Shown here piece after piece: positions 38,114 to 47,031 of a stretch of 124,000 nucleotides of DNA. The stretch's first letter is position 1; every line of letters begins with the position of its first letter. Where the stretch lies: assembly GCF_000737315.1 (NCBI RefSeq), contig NZ_JMCB01000005.1:20001-144000 (forward strand). The letters run 5' to 3'. The translations under genes and the position numbers were made by a program. The stretch comes from Hyalangium minutum (GTDB lineage: Bacteria; Myxococcota; Myxococcia; Myxococcales; Myxococcaceae). The notes below the pieces were generated by a model. It saw only the letters and a program-made list of their open reading frames with translations. It did not search any database and had not been told where the DNA came from.

Positions 38114-38991
38114 CGACGCCTCCCGCGCCGCCCGAGGAACCGCAGCAGCACCTCGTCCAGCCGCTCGTCCGTGCGCACCAGCTCGTAGTCCACGTCCGCC
38201 TCGGCGCACGCGGACTTCACGTTGGCCAGGAAGGCGCCGAACTCTTCCAGGTAGCTCTCCTTGATTTCGCGCGGGTTCACCTCGACGCGCGCATCCCCCT
38301 CCATGTCGAGGAAGAGGGTGGGATCATCGAAGGGGAAGGTGAGCTCGGCGGGATCCACCACGTGGAAGAGCACCACGTCGTTCTTGCGCTGGCGCAGGGC
38401 GAGGATGCGCTTGAGCGCGTCCTGGTTCTCGTCCAGTAGGTCCGAGAGGACGATGACGGTGGAGCGGCGCGGGAGCACCTCGGCGAGGTGATCCGCGGCG
38501 CTGACCAGGTTCGTCGTTCCCTGGGCCTGGGTGCGCTCCAGCGTGTCCAGCAGCACGTTCAGGTGCCCGGCGGAGGCGCGCGGCGGCACGTCCTTGAACG
38601 CATTGCCCACCATGACCGCGAGCCCGGCGGCATCCTGCTGGCGCACGAGCAGGTAGCACAGCGCTCCGGCGAGGATGTTGGCGACCTCGAGCTTGGAGAG
38701 CGCGCCGCTGCGGTAGCCCATGGAGGCGGACGCATCCACCACCATGACCGAGCGCAGGTTCGTCTCATGCTCGAAGCGCTTGATGTAGTACTTGTCGAAC
38801 TTGCCGTAGGCCTTCCAGTCCAGGTGGCGCAGCTCGTCGCCGGGGGCGTACTCCTTGTGCTCGGCAAACTCCACGCTCTGGCCCTGGTGGGGGCTCTTGT
38901 GGAGGCCGGAGAGCACGCCCTCCATGACCGCGCGGGCGCGCAGCTTCACTCCCTGCAACCGGGACAGCGTCTGGGCGTCGAGCAGCGCCAT
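38110..38991 (-). CDS. DUF58 vWA protein
   Basis: GLHKSPHQGQSVEFAEHKEYAPGDELRHLDWK. Confidence 0.93.
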   Translation of the reverse strand: MALLDAQTLSRLQGVKLRARAVMEGVLSGLHKSPHQGQSVEFAEHKEYAPGDELRHLDWKAYGKFDKYYIKRFEHETNLRSVMVVDASASMGYRSGALSKLEVANILAGALCYLLVRQQDAAGLAVMVGNAFKDVPPRASAGHLNVLLDTLERTQAQGTTNLVSAADHLAEVLPRRSTVIVLSDLLDENQDALKRILALRQRKNDVVLFHVVDPAELTFPFDDPTLFLDMEGDARVEVNPREIKESYLEEFGAFLANVKSACAEADVDYELVRTDERLDEVLLRFLGRRGRRR

Positions 38992-39003
38992 GGAACCCCG
39001 CGG

Positions 39004-40035
<1,032 letters not shown>

Positions 40036-40184
40036 AAGGGGGTTCTCTTAACCTTGGAGGGGCGCGGGGACCATCGGTTTCCGCAGCTCCTGTCCGTGGC
40101 GGACGTAGCGAGGCAACCCTTGAAGGGCGCGCCTATTCCGTCCCTCCTGCTGGGTAGGAGCGCGCCGCGAGCTCGGGTGCCTGC

Positions 40185-41204
40185 TCACCCAGGGGCTGCA
40201 CCCTCGGGAGGCTCTTCGGGGAGCTGGAGGTCCTCGATGCGAGAGAAGGCATCGAGAATGGCGCGGGCAATGATGGAGCGGCCGGCGACGAGCCCACGGA
40301 CGTGCCCTCCTTGGAGGTAGCGCAGCTCCGCGCCGCGCCAGTGCTGCAGCAGGCGCAAGGTGGAGGCGGAGGGAACGAACCCATCCTTCCGCGCGGCGAC
40401 GATGATGGCGCGGCGAGGGTTCGGCAGGGGCGCGAGCTGGGTGACGGAGAAGCCCTCGAGCAGCTCGGCCAGCCGCTGGCGCGCGGCCTCCGGTCCTCCA
40501 CAGGTGCGGCCCAGGGTCTCCCAGTCGGGCAGGGCGGACAGCACTCCCTGCGTGAACACGGGCGCCGCCGAGTGCGCCACGGCCACGGGGACGACGGCCA
40601 GGGGCAGAGGGAAGAAGCACGCGGCGTAGGCGGCCATGCTGCCGCCCATGCTGTACCCGGAGATGCCCACCTTGGGGTGGCCCCGCGCCAGCAGCCAGCC
40701 CAGCAGCGCCACGGCCTCCACCGCCGTCGCCCGGCCCATCAACAACAGATCTGCCACCGTGCGCAGGGCCTCGCCCTTCTGCCCGGGAGGACGGCGCGAT
40801 CCGTAATAAGGATTCTCCAGCAGCACCGCCCCCATGCCCGCGGCGAGCAGCGGCTGGGCCAGGAAGCGCCTCAGTCCAAACCCATGGTCTCCAGAGGAAG
40901 CCAGGAAGAGGCACACCGGGGGGCGCGGCCCGGCTTTGACGGGGAGCAGGAGCTGGAAGCGGGCCTCGGCGGACGCGGTGGGCAGAGGTCCTACCGCCGC
41001 AGGGCTCGGGAAACGTCCCTCCTGTACCCACAGTCCGCCCTCACGCCGTGACGCACCCAGCGTCACCTCATGAAGCTCGGGGAGTGCGAAACCCTGAGGC
41101 CCCCGGCTGAGCCGCTCGAGCAGGGCCTGAGAACCCCACCCCTCCTCAAAGAAGGGGGGCCGGCGTGACATCAGCCGCCCCGCCAGGGCATCCATCCAGT
41201 GCAT
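40185..41204 (-). CDS. Alpha/beta hydrolase (DUF2048/ABHD18-like)
   Basis: GYSMGG nucleophile elbow, ENPYYGSRRP, D and H triad candidates. Confidence 0.8.
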   Translation of the reverse strand: MHWMDALAGRLMSRRPPFFEEGWGSQALLERLSRGPQGFALPELHEVTLGASRREGGLWVQEGRFPSPAAVGPLPTASAEARFQLLLPVKAGPRPPVCLFLASSGDHGFGLRRFLAQPLLAAGMGAVLLENPYYGSRRPPGQKGEALRTVADLLLMGRATAVEAVALLGWLLARGHPKVGISGYSMGGSMAAYAACFFPLPLAVVPVAVAHSAAPVFTQGVLSALPDWETLGRTCGGPEAARQRLAELLEGFSVTQLAPLPNPRRAIIVAARKDGFVPSASTLRLLQHWRGAELRYLQGGHVRGLVAGRSIIARAILDAFSRIEDLQLPEEPPEGAAPG

Positions 41205-41817
41205 GCGCCCACCTACTCCGAGGTTCAATTTGCCACAACGTGAGAAAGACAGGGTGGGTCAGCGCAAGAGGATCACTTCACCCGAAGCAGCGTACATACC
41301 GGAGATTCCTGAAGAAAATGCGCTTTGTGACCTGGTGGACTGAAAATCTCACCCACGAGGGATTTCCATGGGTCTGAGTACACCCGGGTCAATTTTTCCC
41401 CGTCCTTCCGTTCGGTTCAGCAGAATCTTCCAGGAACCGGCCAGATCTCTGGCACTCAGCGGAAGGGTCGCCAAAAACCCCCCGGGTTTTCTTTTACCCC
41501 GTGCCGCAAAGCATGGAAATGAAAGACAGCAAGCGACACGCACCCAGAAAAAGCGTCAGGGAAATCCGTTGATAATGGAAATTCAACTTAGACGGGTCCG
41601 TGGAGTGTTTCTGGCCTCCAATAAACTAAGATGAGAGGGCAGGCAGGAGGGCCGAAAGGTCTCTCTCGGGGGGAACTGGACGGGTGACGCAACGCCGCAT
41701 CCGCCCTCCGAGGTTGAGGGCACAGCGGTTGCAAACTCCTTCAGCCAGGGCGCGGGAGCTCGCGCCAGCAGCACCCGCCGCTCGTCATCTTCGACTCACT
41801 GGATTCCCGGAGGCACC

Positions 41818-43203
41818 ATGCGCCGTATCGCCATCATCGGTTCTGGACAAGCAGGACTCCTCGCCGCGCATGCGCTGCTGAAGGCCGGTTATGAGGTGAC
41901 GCTCTATTCGGATCGCACTCCTGAGAAGTGGTTGAACGAGAGCAAGCCGACTGGATCCGCCACCCGCTTCGATATGGCGCTTCAGTTCGAGTACGAGCTC
42001 GGCCTCAACTCCTGGGAGAACGACGCACCTTGGGGTGAGGGCGCTCACATGACGCTCTGCCCGGTGCCGGGCAACCGCATGCTCACCCTGGCGGGCCGCC
42101 TGCGCCGGCCGTTCCTTGCCATTGACTTGCGGCTGCAGAGCTACCACTGGATGCACGAGCTCACCAAGCGCGGCGGCAAGATCGAGATCGAGTCCGTCTC
42201 CATCGAGCGCCTGGAGCAGATCGCCGCCCAGAATGATCTGACCATCGTGGCCACGGGCCGCGGTGACATGACCAACCTCTTCGAGCGCAACGCCGAGCGC
42301 AGCGTCTACGACAAGCCGCAGCGCCACCTGGCCATGGTGTGCGTGAAGGGCCCGCAGATGGGCTTCGACGGCATCCCCATGCTGGGGCTGAAGTACAACG
42401 TCCTTGGCCCTCTGGGTGAGGCCTTCTGGATCCCCTACTACCACAAGGATGTGGGGCAGAGCTGGAACCTCGTCTTCGAGGCCCGCCCGGGCAGCGCGAT
42501 GGACCGCTTCGAGGGCTGCAAGACGGGTGAGCAGGTGCTCGAGATCGGCAAGCAGGTCGTCAAGGAGTTCGTCCCCTGGGACTACGAGTGGCTCAAGGAC
42601 GCCGAGCTGTCGGACTCCTACGGCTGGCAGGTGGGGAAGTTCGCTCCCACGGTTCGCAACCCAGTGGGCCGGCTGCCCTCGGGCCGGCTGGTGGCGGCGG
42701 TGGGTGACACGGCCATGTCGCTGGACCCCATCGGGGGCCAGGGCGCCAACAACGGCAACAAGATGGTGCGCAACATGCTCGAGTGCATCGTCGCCCATGA
42801 GGATCGGCCCTTCGACGCCCAGTGGATGACGGACACCTTCGAGCGCTTCTGGGCCCGTCACGGGTACTGGACCAGCGTCCACAACAACGGGATGCTGCAG
42901 CCGGGCTCGGCCGCCCTGCGCGACCTGCTCTTCGCTCAGTACGGCAGCGATGGCCGCTTCGACAACAACACCGGCGCGCAGCGGCTGGCCAACGCCTACG
43001 TCGAGAACGGCAACGACCCGGCGATGCTCACGCCCACCCTCCAGGATCGGCGCAAGACGCACGAGTTCATCGAGAAGACGACGGGCATCTCGTGGATCCG
43101 CGCCATCGCCAGCGGAGCCATGGGTGTGGCGCGCGAGGAGTTCCGCCAGTGGCGCGGGCTGGAGCCGCGTCACCCGCTCGTGGCCGCGTACAAGGTGGCC
43201 TGA
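41818..43203 (+). CDS. Styrene/indole monooxygenase-family flavoprotein (StyA-like)
   Basis: IAIIGSGQAG, IDLRL, GDTAMSLDPIGGQGANNG. Confidence 0.85.
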   Translation: MRRIAIIGSGQAGLLAAHALLKAGYEVTLYSDRTPEKWLNESKPTGSATRFDMALQFEYELGLNSWENDAPWGEGAHMTLCPVPGNRMLTLAGRLRRPFLAIDLRLQSYHWMHELTKRGGKIEIESVSIERLEQIAAQNDLTIVATGRGDMTNLFERNAERSVYDKPQRHLAMVCVKGPQMGFDGIPMLGLKYNVLGPLGEAFWIPYYHKDVGQSWNLVFEARPGSAMDRFEGCKTGEQVLEIGKQVVKEFVPWDYEWLKDAELSDSYGWQVGKFAPTVRNPVGRLPSGRLVAAVGDTAMSLDPIGGQGANNGNKMVRNMLECIVAHEDRPFDAQWMTDTFERFWARHGYWTSVHNNGMLQPGSAALRDLLFAQYGSDGRFDNNTGAQRLANAYVENGNDPAMLTPTLQDRRKTHEFIEKTTGISWIRAIASGAMGVAREEFRQWRGLEPRHPLVAAYKVA

Positions 43204-43221
43204 GTACGCGGCCAGAGGAGG

Positions 43222-43249
43222 GGGGAGCCCACCCTCAGCGGGGCTCCCC
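43222..43249. terminator. Hairpin between convergent genes
   Basis: GGGGAGCCC-loop-GGGCTCCCC perfect stem. Confidence 0.55.
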
Positions 43250-43285
43250 AGCTCGCCGCGCGGAGCCGAAGTCGCGCGGGTGATT

Positions 43286-44740
43286 TTAGCGGAACATCCC
43301 CGGACCCGGCGTCAGCACGGTGTCTGGGTCGTAGCGCCGCTTGGCGGCCGCCAGGTTCTCCCAGGCCGGGCCGAAGCGCGCTCGCCACTCCTCGGGAGAC
43401 AGCGTGAGGGCGGCGTGCGCGTAGTGCGTCCCCTCCCACTTCCGGTTGCGCTCGTAGAGCTCGCGGTTGTGCTGCACCATCTGCGGCACGCTGCGCTTGG
43501 CTCCTGGCGCCGCGGTCCGGAGCACACCGAACAGGAAGGAGATGTCCTCCCCCGGCGGCAGGCTGAACAGCGGGCGGGTGATGCGGCTGCGCTTGAGCAG
43601 ATAGAAGAGGACCGGGAAGTAGAAGTCCACCTCGGTGGGGGACACCTCTCGGAGCACCTCCGCGGCGAACGCGTCGAGCTTCGAGTCCGGGACGAAGAGA
43701 TCGCTCCAGGGGTGGGGCAGCGAGTACATGCCGTTCTGCCGCAGCTCCGCCAGCTGCGGAGCGAGCCGGCTCACCCACGTGGGGTACGGCAGGTCGGAGA
43801 TCGACTCGGAGCCCTGCTGGTACGACAGGCCCTTCAGCACCTGCGCATCGTCGGGACGCGACGGCTCCTTGTAGTACTGGAGGACCTGCATCCGGTGCAT
43901 CCAGCCCGTGCCGCTCCGCTCCGGCAGCGCGAAGCCCAGCACGTAGTCGATGCGCTCGTTCTCCACGGCCAGGCGCTGGTCCCGCAGCTGGGCCTCGAGG
44001 TTCGGGTAGCCCAGGTCATACAGGCGCACGTGCGTCGGCGCCTCCACCAGCTTGAGGGTGGCGCGGGTGATGACACCACACTGCCCGAGCCCCGCGAGCA
44101 CCGCCTCGAACAAGTCTTTGTTCTGCGTGGGAGAGCAGTGCACCAGCTCGCCCTCGCCCGTTACCACCTGAAGCTCCAGCACATGGTCGATCTGCAGACC
44201 TTGGCGGAAGGTGTTGCCGCTCAAGCCACCCACCGACAGGGTGCCGCCCACCGTCAGCTCCAGCAGGTCCGTGAGCACGGGCGGGGTCCGGTTGATGGCG
44301 AGCGCCCGCTCCACCACCACGCTCCAGAGGATGCCGGCATCCACGTCGATCCGATCCTCGGAGACGGAGTGCACGGCGTTCAGCGAGCGCATGTCGATGA
44401 CGATGCCCGCCTCCACCTGCGACTGGCCGTTGATCACATGCCCATTGCCGCGAGGGCCGATCTTGAGCCGGTGCTGCCGGGCGAAGCGGATCATCTGCGC
44501 AATGTCGTCGGCTGACTGGGGGCGGAGCACGGCCAGGGGCAGGCGGCTCACCATGTGCCCGAAGTCATCCGCCACTTCCGCTCGCGCTTGCGGCGAGGCG
44601 AGCAGCACTCCCTTCAGCTTCGGGAGGGGTTCAACGCCTGGGGCCGTGCCCCCCTGAGAGACCCAGCTGCGGCCGGCCGGATGAAAGCCGATGACCGCAT
44701 CCTGGGGAGAGGGATTGGAACTCGGGGGGGCGAGGCTCAC
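43286..44740 (-). CDS. FAD-linked oxidase, cytokinin dehydrogenase-like
   Basis: RGNGH covalent-FAD motif, TVGGTLSVGG, HPWSDLFVP, KRRYDP. Confidence 0.82.
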   Translation of the reverse strand: MSLAPPSSNPSPQDAVIGFHPAGRSWVSQGGTAPGVEPLPKLKGVLLASPQARAEVADDFGHMVSRLPLAVLRPQSADDIAQMIRFARQHRLKIGPRGNGHVINGQSQVEAGIVIDMRSLNAVHSVSEDRIDVDAGILWSVVVERALAINRTPPVLTDLLELTVGGTLSVGGLSGNTFRQGLQIDHVLELQVVTGEGELVHCSPTQNKDLFEAVLAGLGQCGVITRATLKLVEAPTHVRLYDLGYPNLEAQLRDQRLAVENERIDYVLGFALPERSGTGWMHRMQVLQYYKEPSRPDDAQVLKGLSYQQGSESISDLPYPTWVSRLAPQLAELRQNGMYSLPHPWSDLFVPDSKLDAFAAEVLREVSPTEVDFYFPVLFYLLKRSRITRPLFSLPPGEDISFLFGVLRTAAPGAKRSVPQMVQHNRELYERNRKWEGTHYAHAALTLSPEEWRARFGPAWENLAAAKRRYDPDTVLTPGPGMFR

Positions 44741-44761
44741 GAGGAACTCCTTCAGGAGCTG

Positions 44762-45367
44762 CTACTTCCAGGTGATGCTGTAGGTGCAGGCCGGGGCGCC
44801 CTTCTTGCGGCACGTCTTCGGATCATGCATGACCTTCGCGCCGGCGTTGAACTGCTGGCCCAGGCCCGTGACCAGGCCCTCCTCGAAGGCGCAGGGGTAC
44901 GGGGTGTCGGCGTCGACGAACACCTGCGTCTTGCCCGGCACGGTGCGGACCTTGTAGTGGCCGATGCCCTCGAGCATCTGGCCCGTCTGCGGATCGAACA
45001 TCCGCTTCCCGCTCTTGGCGTGGTTGTAGTGGTAGCCCATGTCCAGCGTCTCGAACGCGCGGGCGATACCCGTCAGGAAGTCACCCGGCTGCGAGGCCTT
45101 CTTCACGATGTAGAGGCCCGACTGCTTCAGGGTGTAGTCCCCGAACTCCGCCTGCACGCGATCGAACGCGCGCAAGAAGGCGTCCAGCGGGTACCACTTC
45201 TCCGGATCCAGCTTGGCCATGCCGACGCCATCGGTGTCCATCTCTCCCAGGCCGCACTCGAGCAGGATCTTGCTGGCCAGCAGAGTGAAGGAGCCGAACC
45301 CGTCCAGCGTCACCTGCACCGTCGAGCCGAGAGTCTGGTATTCCTTGTAGTTCTCACTATTGGGCAT
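44762..45367 (-). CDS. Stand-alone V4R-like small-ligand-binding protein
   Basis: WYPLDAF, PYPCAFEEG, CRKKGAPAC. Confidence 0.6.
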   Translation of the reverse strand: MPNSENYKEYQTLGSTVQVTLDGFGSFTLLASKILLECGLGEMDTDGVGMAKLDPEKWYPLDAFLRAFDRVQAEFGDYTLKQSGLYIVKKASQPGDFLTGIARAFETLDMGYHYNHAKSGKRMFDPQTGQMLEGIGHYKVRTVPGKTQVFVDADTPYPCAFEEGLVTGLGQQFNAGAKVMHDPKTCRKKGAPACTYSITWK

Positions 45368-45605
45368 GATGATCCCCCTGTTGATTCAGCGTACGAAATG
45401 AAGTGATGACGTGAAGAGCCGGAAATCGGCGTGTACTCCAGCACGGGTCTTGCGGTGATTCAAGTACTGCTCCTGCCCGTGTCCGATACCTGTAGTGAGT
45501 GGCGATGAGACACCGCGCGGGTGTGATCGGCTCTGTCGGGCAGGTGAACTTGCGGCACATGTACTAGAGGGAAGCCACGGCTGTTGGCGTGACCAGGAGA
45601 AGCAC

Positions 45606-47012
45606 ATGAGTTCGTCTGAAGATCTTCCGTTGGAGTTGCAAACGCTGGCCGAGCCCTACCGCGTGAAGATGGTGGAGAAGGTCCGCATTCCGTCTCGCTC
45701 CGAGCGCGAGAGCATCTTGAAGAAGGCCCACTACTCCGTGGTGCACGTGGACTCGGCGGACATCTTCATCGATGTGATCACCGACAGTGGCACGGGCGCG
45801 ATGAGCGACCAGCAGTGGGCGGGGCTGATGAAGGGCGACGAGGCGTACATGCGCTCGCGCAGCTTCATCGAGTTCGAGCGGGCCGTGCAGGACATCCTTG
45901 GCTTCGAGCACGTCATCCCCACACACCAGGGGCGTGCGGCCGAGCACATCCTCATGGAGCTGCTCATCAAGCCGGAGGACGGTAAGGACATCGTCCTGTG
46001 CAACACGCACTTCGACACGACGCGCGCGCACGTGATGAACCGCAAGGCCACCCCGCTGGATCTGGTGGGGGACTGGCTCTGGCGCTTCGAGGAGGAGCGG
46101 CCCTTCAAGGGGAACTTTGATCTGGGCAAGCTCGAGGCCGCCCTGGAGCGCTATCACCAGCGCGTCCCGTTCGTCCTCATCACCGTGCTCAACAACTTCG
46201 CGTGTTCCTCGCCGGTGTCCATGGAGAACATCCGCGAGACGAAGCGGCTCGCGGACCGCTACAACATCCCCATCTACTTCGACATCTGCCGCTTCGCGGA
46301 GAACGCCTACTTCATCAAGACGCGCGAGAAGGGCTACCAGGACAAGTCCATCGCGGAGATCGCCCGGGAGATGCTCTCCTACGGGCGAGGCTGCTGGATG
46401 AGCGCGAAGAAGGACGGCCTGGTGAACATCGGCGGCTTCATCGCGGTGCACGACGAGAAGCTCGCGATGCGGTGCAAGGAGAAGCTGGTGCTCTACGAGG
46501 GCTTCCCGACCTATGGCGGTCTGGCGGGCCGAGACCTGGAGGCGGTGGCCGTGGGCCTGCGCGAGGGCATCGAGGAGCCCTACCTGGCCCACCGCACGCA
46601 GCAGATCGCCTACCTGGCGGACCTGTTCGAGAAGACCGGCATCCGCGTGAGCAAGCCCTCGGGAGGCTCGGGCGTCTTCATCGACGTGGCGGGGCTCTAC
46701 TCGCACCTGCCGGAGGACAAGTTCCCGGCGATCGCCTTCACGTGCGATCTCTACCTGGAGGGCGCCATCCGTGGCAGCGCCTATCCGTTCCCGCTCATCA
46801 CCATTGATCCGAAGACGGCCGACATCACCCCGCGCGTCTTCCAGTTCGCCCGCTTCGCCATTCCCCGGCGCACCTATACCAAGGGGCACCTGGACTACAT
46901 CGCCACGGTGATGGCGCGGCTGAAGGAGAAGGCGCCGCAGAACAAGGGCTACAAGATCACCTACTCACCCGAGGTGCTGGGGCACTTCTTCTCGAAGTTC
47001 GAGCCCCTGTAG
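45606..47012 (+). CDS. tnaA: Tryptophanase (beta-eliminating PLP lyase)
   Basis: TDSGTGAMS, THQGRAAE, SAKKDGLVNIGG (PLP Lys), C-terminal GHF. Confidence 0.88.
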   Translation: MSSSEDLPLELQTLAEPYRVKMVEKVRIPSRSERESILKKAHYSVVHVDSADIFIDVITDSGTGAMSDQQWAGLMKGDEAYMRSRSFIEFERAVQDILGFEHVIPTHQGRAAEHILMELLIKPEDGKDIVLCNTHFDTTRAHVMNRKATPLDLVGDWLWRFEEERPFKGNFDLGKLEAALERYHQRVPFVLITVLNNFACSSPVSMENIRETKRLADRYNIPIYFDICRFAENAYFIKTREKGYQDKSIAEIAREMLSYGRGCWMSAKKDGLVNIGGFIAVHDEKLAMRCKEKLVLYEGFPTYGGLAGRDLEAVAVGLREGIEEPYLAHRTQQIAYLADLFEKTGIRVSKPSGGSGVFIDVAGLYSHLPEDKFPAIAFTCDLYLEGAIRGSAYPFPLITIDPKTADITPRVFQFARFAIPRRTYTKGHLDYIATVMARLKEKAPQNKGYKITYSPEVLGHFFSKFEPL

Positions 47013-47031
47013 CACCCAGGGCTGGCGCCGC

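Noticed and set aside
41630-41770. Possible c-di-GMP/cGAMP riboswitch (GAAA tetraloop, GACGCAA, GCAAAC fragments)
   Set aside because: Elements are out of order and spacing does not fit the GEMM consensus; an Rfam scan would settle it.
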